Position numbers and translations under genes: made by a program
In this document: in pieces, positions 41,216-52,439 of the stretch
Layout: each line of letters opens with the position of its first letter
Position numbering within the stretch: the first letter of the stretch is position 1
Notes under the pieces: model-generated
What the model saw: only the letters and a program-made list of their open reading frames with translations
The model's database searches: none
Told to the model about the DNA's origin: nothing
Source of the DNA: Octopus sinensis
Taxonomy: Eukaryota
Length of the DNA stretch: 64,000 nt
Direction of reading: 5' to 3'
Assembly (NCBI RefSeq): GCF_006345805.1
Contig: NC_043002.1
Span: 12,586,001 to 12,650,000 of the forward strand

Positions 41216-42082
41216 TAATAGAAGTACAGTATAAAAATAAAAAAATACGGAAATATATCCGTAACAGTTCGAAAGTCGTTGAGCGGTGGTGGTGACATTG
41301 TTAAATGCACATTTCTGCCTCTTTGAGTTTGATCTGTTAGTGGAAACTTGTTAATGGCTGGACGATTTTCGTACGCTGCTCTAGCATCGCTGCAGTCAAA
41401 TAACTGTAAGAAATATAAGAATAGTAATCCTTTGTTGTTTTAAGCTTGTACTCTATGAAAGATGCTATTTCCCTAGGCAAATACAGCAGTTAATTACGCT
41501 TTCAATTATAGTACACAAGCTGCTATTTTAAACTAATACTGCTTCTTAGAAAATTACTATTCTTTAATCTCACAACGAGAGATATTCAGCAACAGTACTT
41601 TGTAGTAAAGACTGTTTGCCAACATAACATGGCAGTCCTAGTTTAGGATGAATGTTGCTGAAATTTATTTTTTCTGTTTGTCTTACCTTCAACATCCCTA
41701 TGAAATTGTCCATGCATTCTTTCCTTTATCCACCTATTTTCAGTTTCATGCATTCTCTGATTAGCACTCAGCCCCTAACGAATACATTCCAGCTTTTATT
41801 CTATAGGCGTGCTTTCTCTTCTCCCTCTTTTCTAACCCGACTTATAAATAGTCTCTGGTTTCTCGGTGCTGGTTGGTCTCATACTCCGTACCACACACCA
41901 TTCAGACACATCTCATCCACTCATCACTCCTCTTTTTCCCATCTCCCACAATAAATCTCAAAATATTTAGGGACGGGAAAAAAAAAACCCGTAATCGATT
42001 TCGTACAGCTCTCCTTCATTTGTATCATGTTTTTATAATATCAACATTACAGTGATTACATTTCTGTTTTGAATTATTGCAG

Positions 42083-42246
42083 GGGATAAGGATTGCCTCC
42101 TAGTCAATGGATACAACATCAAGAAAAACATGAAAAACATGTTTATTACTTGCGTGGGGGGAAAGGGTTTGGCCCACAAGTCTTGCAGAGGTGATTCAGT
42201 GTTCGATTTTGAGAAACAAATATGTAAAGATGAGAGTTTTCAATAA
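42083..42246 (+). CDS. Gene A exon 2 (terminal coding exon): 4-Cys CBM14-like domain 2
   Basis: Acceptor ttttgaattattgcAG|GG; phase 1 joins exon 1 in frame. Reads (R)DKDCLLVNGYNIKKNMKNMFITCVGGKGLAHKSCRGDSVFDFEKQICKDESFQ*, with the C-x12-C 'VFD..KQIC' motif. TAA at 42244-42246. Absent from the ORF track. Confidence 0.8.
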
Positions 42247-42632
42247 ACGAAATGAATCGAATGATGTAGTGTTTGTTATTGAACAGGGAGTTGAAGACGA
42301 GGATAAATTAGCATAATGTGCTGATGAGTACATGCCGTTCACTGGATGGAGTACATTCTCTTTTAATCCGAACTATAACAGAACAACGTGAAGTAGATGA
42401 AACAGGGACAACTGAAGAAGGGGAATATTCCTTGTGTTGTATGTCTTGCTTCTCTGTTTTTTCGTTGTTTGAAAAAAAGTTCGTTTCTATGGTTTTGTTT
42501 TATGTTTTCGTTCCTCATTGAGTTCAACATTTTTTGATGTCCTGTACCCATATATGCATGTATATATACATATATATGTAGGTATGTACATATATGTATG
42601 CATATATGCATATATTATATATTATTTATATT

Positions 42633-42683
<51 letters not shown>

Positions 42684-42712
42684 CACACACACACACACAC
42701 ACCAACACACAC

Positions 42713-42766
<54 letters not shown>

Positions 42767-43586
42767 TCTCTCTCTCTCTCTCTCGCTGTATCTATCTAAG
42801 GAGTTCTAATTACGACTAAATGAATAACAGTTAATCTTTAATGTTTTAACTACAGTGAGGTGGGAAGAAACAGACAGAAATACACATTTGCATACAGTCA
42901 TGCACGTGCGCACTCAAACACATACATACACATACATATATGACAGGCTTCAGTACAGTTTTCGTCTACCAAATTCTCTACGTCATAGTAGAGACCACTT
43001 TTGTTAAAGTACCGCACAATGTCAGTGAAGCCAAAACCACGTCGCTGCAAACCGAATTTTTTAACCAAACATCCAAGCCAAGCCTATGAAGTATTTTTAT
43101 TCTTTTTCCTTTATTTAGTCTATTTATTTTGTGTGCGTTTCAAGTTTCATGCGGCGAACATGTTTAATGTTGGTTTCAAACTTTAGCCCAAGACAAGCAA
43201 TGTCAGGGAGTGGATTAGTCAGATTAAATCAACCCCAATGCTCAACTGGTATATATCTCATCGACCTCAAAATGGTTAAAACGCAAAGTCAACCTCGGCG
43301 GAATTTGGACTGAGGACATACATACGGACGAAATGCCGCTAAGCATTTTGCCAGCTCGCATCCTTCTAAGAACATTAATTTTGATTTCAAATAAGGCGGC
43401 GATGTGGCAGAAACGTTAGCACGACTGGCGAAATGCTTAGCGGTATTTCGTCTGTCTTTACGTTCTGAGTTCAAATTCCGCCGAGGTCGACTTTACCTTT
43501 CATCCTTTCAGGGTTGATAAAATAAGTACCAGTTGAATGCTGATTTACTTCGCATTGTTTTGGCCTTACTCACGATCTTTGGTACA

Positions 43587-43618
<32 letters not shown>

Positions 43619-44855
43619 GTGTGGGTTTGTATATCCCTCACTATTGCTTGACAACCAGTATTGGTGTATTTACATAGCGGTAACTTAGCAGTTCGGCAAA
43701 AGAGACCAATGGAATAAAAACCAGGCTTAAAATAAATAGGAACTGGAGATGATTCTACATTATCATGAATAAAACAAATAAAAGTTGAAAGACATCTGTA
43801 CATTAGTAGAAGTGATACAAGTTTATTAGTACTCTGCAGTACAAGTAAACTAGTCTGGCGATCGCAGGTATTTGGCGTGCCCTCTCAGAAAATTGTGCGG
43901 AATATGAGAGGGTGTGGAATATGATTGTCCGGAAAGTCGTATCTGTATGTAGAAATCCACGGGTATTGAGGTTAGTAGAATCAATATAGTGCAGGAAGTT
44001 AGCACGCCGGGCGAAATGCTTTGCGGTATTTCGTCTGCCGTTACGTTCTGAGTTCAAATTCCGCCGAGGTCGACTTTGCCTTTCATCGTTTCGGGGTCTA
44101 TAAATTAAATACCAAACGCGTACCGGGATCGATCTAATCGATTGGCCCCCTTCCCCAAAATTTCGGGTCTTGTGCCTAGAGTAGAAAAGAATTTAATGTC
44201 GAAAGAAAATGCCTTGCGGTATTAGTTCCGGCCCTTCAGGCTCTGATTTCGAATCCTGCTGAGGTTTGTTTTGCTTTTCAACTTTTCATCCTTCCGAAAT
44301 ATTTAAAATAAAGTATCGGTTAAGAACCGTAGTCGATGGTGTCGACAGAGACCCCGCTCCCACAAAATTTCTGGTCTTGTGCATAAATTAGAAACACTAT
44401 ATAGGGTCCGGTCAGATTCATTGGTCCGGGTACTTCTTGCTGACGTGACACGACATGTCGAAACACGGGTGTCACAGAATCCCTTATACTAAACAAGGCA
44501 ACAAGTATATTCTCGTTCCAACCTACCAGAATGTATTAAGTACACACACATATATATGTGTGTGTGTGTGTGAGTGTGCGTGTGGAGACGCAATGGCCCA
44601 GTGGTTAGGGCAGCGGACTCGCGGTCGGAGGATCGCGGTTTCGATTCCCAGACCGGGCGTTGTGTATGTTTATTGAACGAAAACACTAAAAAGCTCCACA
44701 AGGCTCCGGCAGCGGGTGATGGCGACCTCTGTTGTACTCTTTCGCCACAACTTTCTCTCACTCTCTCTTCCTATTTCTTGAGTAACGCTGCAATGGACTG
44801 GCGCCACAGAAACCGGGAAACCGGACCCATGAGCTCAGCTAGGCTTGGAAAGGGC

Positions 44856-44912
<57 letters not shown>

Positions 44913-45155
44913 GTATGTATGTATGTATGCATGTATGTATATGCATATAAAACGTAAAGGACTAGGGATTTGGAATCTGGGTAGGTACCTTATTAATATT
45001 CTGGCATAATCCACGTTCTCGCTAACCACATCGAATGATAGAGAACACATAAAATTGTTTAAATTTAAGGTAACCAACTACACGATACTTCACTCGACAG
45101 GTAAGTCTTAAGTTCGCTTCCTAAGATTTTATTCTCTGTATGATATATAAATAAA

Positions 45156-45192
<37 letters not shown>

Positions 45193-45269
45193 AAGTCGTT
45201 TTGAGTCCCAAGTTCACTGCGTATATGACGATTTATTATAGAGAATTTCAAATAGATAAAAGTCGAACA

Positions 45270-45384
45270 ACTGTATACAGTTTTAAAGAATTTTTATTCC
45301 ATATGTGAAAACACGTTTCCTCGAAAATCTTATTGAATAAGAAAAACCGTCAGGAAGGATCATTCCAGAAGCCGAAAACCATTT
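45270..45384 (-). other. Gene B probable terminal exon (completes stop codon T|AA, then 3' UTR)
   Basis: Strong acceptor ttttatattccAG|AAATGG. Joining to the terminal T of exon 2 gives TAA. AATAAA at 45298-45293 (minus). The 3' end coordinate is approximate. Confidence 0.55.
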
Positions 45385-45699
45385 CTGGAATATAAAAATA
45401 TTTAAAAAATGAAAGATTTAAATGGTATGTCTTATAGCGTATATCGTTAAGTATCATATCAAATACACAAAATCTTATCAATGTAATTGTACAGTAATGT
45501 AGCCTGGCTATGTGTGCACCCGTACACCCCTCCCACACCGTAATCTTTTGTTCGTTTCAGTCATTGGACAGCAGCCTTCCTGGGGCACCGCCGTAATGAA
45601 TATTAGTCAAATGGATCAACCCCTGTATATTTTTGTCTTTTTTAAAAAAAGTTATGGGGACGTAGACACACCATCACCGATTATCAACACAAATTACAC

Positions 45700-45753
<54 letters not shown>

Positions 45754-45822
45754 GGAGTAAACACATAAATGTGAAACAAGGTGGAAAAAAGAGTACTCAA
45801 ATACCAGTGGTAGAGTAATATG

Positions 45823-45990
45823 CTTTATTTAAAGCAGCAGAAAATTCAACAAAACCTGTTACTCTGAGTTTCACGTTGCCGTTCGTCGGACAGTTTTTGC
45901 TAGTTTTTTTCTAGCAAAAGCTGTCCGACGAACGGCAACGTGAAACTCAGAGTAACAGGTTTTGTTGAATTTTCTGCTGCTTTAAATAAA

Positions 45991-45991
<1 letters not shown>
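45823..45991. repeat. Near-perfect palindrome (81-bp arms, 7-T loop, 1 mismatch), probably Penelope pseudo-LTR-derived
   Basis: ctttatttaaagcagcag...gacagtttttgctag TTTTTTT ctagcaaaagctgtc...ctgctgctttaaataaag; the unit sits between (TA)n tracts. Confidence 0.95.
45921..45958 (+). ncRNA. Minimal type I hammerhead ribozyme motif (mirror copy on - strand at ~45856-45893)
   Basis: CTGT-CCGACGA-ACG(GCAA)CGT-GAAA-CTCAGAGTA-ACAG. Stem I CTGT/ACAG; core CUGANGA with a U4C variant; stem II with a GNRA loop; GAAA; palindromic stem III ACTC-A-GAGT; predicted cleavage after A45954. Confidence 0.65.
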
Positions 45992-46025
<34 letters not shown>

Positions 46026-46567
46026 GTAAGAAAGAGAGGAGGAGAATTTCGATTAGCCCCACGTTGTGAGTTGTATTGCAATAAAATGGATTAAAAAGTA
46101 TATTAAAACTATGCAACTGTGTGCATTTTCCCTCTTATATATATATACATTTCAAATAATAAGCGGGGGGGGGATATTAATTTGATTGTGGCTTCGAAAC
46201 TAGTTTATGATTAATCAATATTTTGTATCTTTTCATTTGTCTTGCTCGCTTACGTTCTGGCGTTTTGCTAAATTTTCTTGAGAACATTCCTTTCTTAGTG
46301 GTAAGACCATAGCAGATCTACTTCTAGCATAATAGATGTCCACGTAGTGGTCAGCCCTCTTATATGTATATATCACGTGATCACGTGACCGACCTGGCTA
46401 TCAGATGTTGCTACACATCGCTGGTCACAATGCGCTTCGCATTGTTTTAGCCTTCAAATGACGCCACCCCGCTGGCTAAGCGAGCAGGCCAACAGAGAAA
46501 AGAGTGGGAGAAGTTGCGGCGAAAGAGTACAGTCCGCTGCCCTAACCACTGGGCCATTGCGCCTCCA

Positions 46568-46644
<77 letters not shown>

Positions 46645-47123
46645 GTATTTGTGTTTGTCCCCCTGCCATCACTTGACAACCGATGTTGGTGTGTTTACGT
46701 CCCTGTAACCTAGCAGTTCGGCAAAAGAGACTGATAGAATAAGTACTAGGCTTACAAAGGATAAAATCATGGAGTCAATTTGTTCGATTATATGTGGTGC
46801 TCCTGCATGGCCGCTGTCAGTGACTGAAACAAGTAAAAATGTATATGTTTGTGTGTGTGTGTGTGTGCGTGTATGTGTGTTAATTCCCACCACTTGACAA
46901 CCGGTGCTGGTGTGTTTACGTCCCGTTATCTAGTGGTTCACCAAAAGAAAAATACGATAGAACAAATAGCATGCTTTACAAAAATGTGAGTACTGAGGTC
47001 TATTTATTTTACTAATAATCCTTCAAAGCAGTGCCCCAGTCTGGCCGCAGTCTAATGACTGATACATGTTGAAGATAAAATAGACAAAGATCAAACAGAA
47101 TTAAATAAGACGATATCACTTAC

Positions 47124-47303
47124 ATTGGGTCAAACAATCTGCCTTCTCTTTAGAGGTACACCTTTGAAGTCGAAAGTTGAAGAAAAGGTTGGCTTGGCAT
47201 GCCATGGAAGGATAAGAGGTTCGGTTAAAGCAAGGAATATACCTATGGCAGTCGCGAGGGTCACGGTTAACTCCAAATGGACGTGGGTTACATAGAGGGT
47301 CAT
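47124..47303 (-). CDS. Gene B exon 2: CBM14 domain 2
   Basis: Acceptor ttctttcttttcAG|AT, 180 nt, donor CAAT|GTAAGT, phase 1-1. Reads DDPLCNPRPFGVNRDPRDCHRYIPCFNRTSYPSMACQANLFFNFRLQRCTSKEKADCLTQ (C-x13-C-x5-C-x10-C-x12-C-x7-C). Absent from the ORF track. Confidence 0.9.
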
Positions 47304-47629
47304 CTGAAAAGAAAGAATTTTAATAAAATCTCTGTGTTCATTTATTTAACATTTAAACATTTAGCTTGTATTTTCCACCATAGCCTATAGCGAAGAGACA
47401 CATAGCAATCAATCTATGATTACATATTCTTTATATGTGGCTTGGAATAGATTAAAGAGATTCGTTACAATGTAGTTTTTCCTTTGTTCGGATTTTTTGA
47501 AATCCTTTCTCTCTGGCTATCTTTCGGACGAAGAGTCAAAGTTTGAAATGTCAAAACCACTTCTAATTCATTTCTTGAGTGTGAGTATAATAACGGCAAT
47601 TTTTTTTTTTTTTTTGGTTGCTTTTACCA

Positions 47630-48411
<782 letters not shown>

Positions 48412-48479
48412 TGTGTGTGTGTGTGTGTGTGTGTGTATTGTTGTTGGCATCCTTTTTGTCTCGGGAGACAATGGAGTTG

Positions 48480-49345
48480 CGCATAAAGTAGTCTAGTCCG
48501 GCTTTTACATTTCATGTCCTAATACATCTCCTGCAGTGGCTGTGTAGTCCTATCCTAGACAAACACTCCCTCTGGCAAGTGCCGCAAATGTAGCGAATAC
48601 TTTACCTGGCTGGTTGTAATGTCATAGTTTCTTGTTGACGTCTTTTCTTGTCTTTCCATTTCTCCTCTCCCTCTATGTCACTCCTTTGTGTTCCCTCTTT
48701 TACGGTACGTCGCCAATCTCCACGTTTGCTGGCAACTGCCTCCCAACCGCTAATATTGATGTTGCAGGCCTTCATGTCCCTTTTGCAAACATCCTTGTAT
48801 CGTAAGAACGGTATTCCCACAGACCTAGTGCCCCTAGCAAGCTCTCCGTAGAGTATGTCCCTGGGGATTCTACTATCTTCCATACAGCTGACATGTCGAA
48901 GCCATCTCATACGTCTTTGTGTGAGGAGTGCAAACATGCTTGGTATTCCTGCTTGCTTGAGGACATCTATGTTGGGGATATGATTCTACCATTTGATGCG
49001 AAGGATTTTCCGGAGGCAGCGCAGGTGAAAGATATTTAGGCGACGTATGGCGTCGTATGGCGTGTGTATGGCATCCAAGTCTCACTTCCATACAGTAGAG
49101 TGCTAAGTACACATGCCTGGTAAATCTTCATTTTTGTGTTTTCGGTCAGCTTATTGTTGTCCCATGCCCGTTTGGAGAGTTGGGCCATCCTAACAGCTGC
49201 CTTGCCAATGCGTATATTGAGCCCAGCATCAAGGGATAGGTTGTAGGTGACGGTAGAGCCAAGATAGGTAAACTTCTCCACCTCCTGTAGTCTGTGGTCT
49301 CCAATATGTATGTTTGGGATGTCCGATGTAGCCTGACCCATGATG
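48480..49345 (-). mobile_element. RTE-clade LINE, 3' portion (in gene B intron 1)
   Basis: QEVEKFTYLGSTVT..LSLDAGLNIRIGKAA, YQACVLSTLLYGSETW, QRRMRWLRHVSCMEDSRIPRDILYGEL..RSVG.P.LRYKD. Confidence 0.9.
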
Positions 49346-50125
49346 AAAGTAGTTGGAATTATATCAGGGAAGCTTTGTATACCACATCAATAGATACTTT
49401 CGGCATGAGAGAAAGGCAAAACCCAGATTGTGTTCAGTGCTAGGCTCACAGAGCTGGAAACAGTTATCGAAGCAAAGCGTGCAGCTCTAATGCAATACAA
49501 GAGTGATTCTTCTACAATTCACTCGAAGAACTCAGAAAACCAAGAAATAAAACCCAACTGACTGCCAGACGCTGTGCAAATAGGTATTGGCAGGAAATCT
49601 GTCAGAGTATCCAGTCAGCTGCTGACAGTGGCGACACCCGTGGGATGTATGACGGTTTGAAGAAGGCCCTCGGTCCTTCCGCAACCAAGTCAGCCCCTCT
49701 AAAATCAACTACTGGAGATCTCAAGAAGTACAACTAGGATCTCTACTCATGGGAGACCTCGGTAGCTGAGGCTGCAATCGAGGGTGTCACAATCTTGCCA
49801 GTCATGTGCGAACTTGACAGTCTGCCATCTATAGCAGAGCTCACCAAAGTTATTGACTTCCTAGCCAGTAACAAGGCACCGGTAAAAGACGGCATTCCCT
49901 CAGAGATCATCAAAGCTGGCAAAAACACCGTACTGCTTCGGCACCTTCATGAGCTTCTGTGTCCGTGCTGGGAAGAGGGTATAGTCACTCAGGACATGCG
50001 GGATGCTAATATCATTACGCTTTACAAAAAAAAAGTCGGATGTCCACGAAAGCTGCTGAGGATCATCAAATCTTTCCATGATGATATGTAAGGCACCATA
50101 CAGCACAATGCTCAACATCAGCCGC
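49346..50125 (+). mobile_element. RTE-clade LINE, more 5' portion in inverted orientation
   Basis: ELTKVIDFLASNKAPVKDGIPSEIIKAG..LHELLCPCWEEG..QDMRDANIITLYKKK, then GCPRKLLRIIKSFHDDM. Confidence 0.85.
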
Positions 50126-50136
50126 CTTCCAAATAT

Positions 50137-50188
<52 letters not shown>

Positions 50189-50684
50189 ATATGGAGAAAG
50201 GTCAAGGTAGAAAATGCTAAAATAATTTTATAAAAAGCATTTCAGTACCGGTTTAAGTCATTGAGACTTTTTCAACGATAAGTATGGAAAAAAATTAAAT
50301 TTTGGAAAAATTAAATGAAAACTTTTTTACAAGAATATTTGCATAGTATTCATATACAAGGGGCATTTTCATTGTTTCTGTATGTCTCTGTCTCTCCTGT
50401 TTACTCTTGTGGGTTCGAGGGGTGTGTATGTGTGTGTATTTCTATGTGTCTGTGTTTGCCCGCACCACCAGTGTTTGACAACGGATGCTGGTGTGTTTAC
50501 GTGGCCATAACTTAGCGGGTCGGCAAAACACCACCGATAGAATAAGTACTAGACTTACAAAGAATAAGTCCTAGGGTGGATTTCTTCGACTAAAACCCCT
50601 TTAAGGCAGAGCTCCAGCATGGCTGCTGTCAACTGACTGGAACAAGGAACAGAATAAAAGAATAAATGTAATGAATTAACGTAC

Positions 50685-50973
50685 CGAATTTTCCTCCATA
50701 AACTTGGCGGTCACAGTCGTCATATTGGCTGTTCTTAAGCACACAGACTTGTTGAGATTGTGAAAACACGGTCATATTGCCACATGCCATTACTTGCGGG
50801 AACATAGGATCACAATAGTAGAATTCACTGCAGTTGTTTGGGGATCGGACAAAATGCGATCCTGCTCTTATTGTTGTCTGTTTACACAAAGTTGAGATTT
50901 GCTGAGCAATTCCTTGACTGTAAACTGCTGCCACTGCGATCAAGAGAAGGGCGGCCACAACACGGAACTCCAT
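50685..50973 (-). CDS. Gene B exon 1: signal peptide + CBM14 domain 1
   Basis: MEFRVVAALLLIAVAAVYSQG (clear signal peptide), then C-x17-C-x5-C-x9-C-x12-C-x9-C. Phase-1 donor TTCG|GTACGT after codon 96. ATG context ACAATGG. Confidence 0.92.
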
Positions 50974-51074
50974 TGTAGTAATTTTATCAATAATTTTATC
51001 AAGTGTTAAATCGAACGGTCGTTAAAGCGAATGATTTGCCAGCACACGATCGCAACAGACTGGTAACCTCTGTA

Positions 51075-51112
51075 AGTGTGACCGAGATCTCTTCAGCTAT
51101 GCCTTTTATATA
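51075..51112 (-). promoter_or_regulatory. TATA box and initiator of gene B
   Basis: TATATAAAAGG at 51112-51102, then TCACACTT with the A at 51079, about 31 nt downstream of TATAAAA. No upstream ATG in the ~106-nt leader before 50973. Confidence 0.7.
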
Positions 51113-51240
51113 ATCTTCGAACTGGGTAAGGTTTTGTTCAAGGGTTAGGGTTAGGTTTAAGTGAGTCAATGTTTGATCTTTACCAATTTCGCTAATGGAT
51201 ATCCGCCCAACAACCTCGTTAAACGACTTGTTTGATCTGT

Positions 51241-51478
51241 TTTCTTCTTCTTCTTCTTCTTCTTCTTCTTCTTCTTCTTCTTCTTCTTCTTCTTCTTCTT
51301 CTTCTTTTCTTCTTCTTTCTTCTTCTTCTTCTTCTTCTTCTCTTCTTCTTCTTCTTTCTTCTTCTTCTTCTTCTTCTTCTTCTTCTTCTTCTTCTCTTCT
51401 CTTCTTCTTCTTCTCTTCTTCTTCTTCTTCTTCTCTTCTTCTTTTCTTCTTCTCTTCTTCTTTTCTTTCCGTTCTTCT
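51241..51478. repeat. (CTT)n/(GAA)n homopurine-homopyrimidine tract about 130 bp upstream of the gene B TATA box
   Basis: Directly visible. Confidence 0.95.
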
Positions 51479-51859
51479 AAACATACACCCACACACCAAC
51501 ACCAACACACACACACACACATATATATATAAATATATACATATATACATGCATACATATATATGTGTCTTATGTTTATTACGTATAATTACAAAATCTT
51601 CTTTACTTATAAAAACTGGAATTTATGTTGAAAACGCCTTGAAATGTGCACAAAAAAGCCAGATTTGGCATCAAATTTCGCCGGTGGGTGGGGGGTGTCG
51701 ATTTTGTTTTACATCCTTTTTGGAATTGATTAAATAAGTACCAGTTGAGTACTGGGTTCGATTTAACTTAGTCTCTTCCCCAAAACTGCTGGCCTTGTGC
51801 CAAAATTTGAAACCAATATGAAATGAACAAGCACAAAATAATGAGGAAATTTACGAAAA

Positions 51860-52261
51860 TCTTTATATATAAAAGTGAGGTTGTGTGCTGTCTGTCTCCT
51901 ACGATTTAGATTCCTAACTACTCCCACATTTTGCGGTGCAGTTTAACCAAAACCGGGTATCTTATAGTCGTGATTCATATCGAGCCCTTCTGGGTATTAG
52001 CGCGCGTCTACGATGAGTCTACGATTTAAAAAAAAATTACCATCATTTTTTTTCCATTTTAATGCATTTTTTTCGCTATTATATAAGGGAAGTAACTCTC
52101 TAAAAATGTCTACGATGAGTCAACGATTTAAAAAAAAATTTACCATCATTTTTTTCCCATTTTTAATGCATTTTTTTGCTATTTTTTGGCTATAACTCTC
52201 TAAAAATGCTTATATAGTTATTTCGCTTACAAACCCGAGCAACACCGGGCGATACAGCTAG
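51860..52261 (+). mobile_element. Non-autonomous Helitron (402 bp)
   Basis: A|TCTTTATATATAAAAG 5' end; 3' GC hairpin CCCGAGCAACACCGGG then CTAG|T; AT insertion site with no TSD; internal direct repeat of ~95 bp. Confidence 0.85.
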
Positions 52262-52439
52262 TTTTATATATTTTACTCGTTTCAGCCATCGGACTGCAGC
52301 TATCTTGGGGCATTGCTTTGAAAAATCTTCTAGATCATACTTAGAGTACTTGCTACACAAATCACAAATTTATGGTCTTCACAGTCGCATTATATAGAAG
52401 TAATAGGCATGGTACCAGTTACTGGGACTTGAACGCGTC

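Noticed and set aside
41280-41420. Apparent minus-strand exon with a ttcttacag acceptor
   Set aside because: Its start matches a degenerate family-A SINE tail, and the phase-1 frame stops at once.
43803-43990. Possible third coding exon for gene B, or + strand peptide SLAIAGIWRALSENC...
   Set aside because: The minus frame gives no CBM14-like or otherwise plausible peptide. The plus frame looks like a LINE C-terminal relic but is too short to assign.
44583-44660. tRNA-like sequences with A and B boxes
   Set aside because: They are SINE heads continuing into SINE bodies, with no complete cloverleaf or proper acceptor stem evident.
45091-45106. Perfect CAG|GTAAGT donor on the + strand
   Set aside because: No matching acceptor or coding frame found upstream; lies beyond gene A's stop. 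Could be chance or a UTR exon.
51139-51160. TTAGGG-like telomeric repeats
   Set aside because: Only about two imperfect units; expected by chance.
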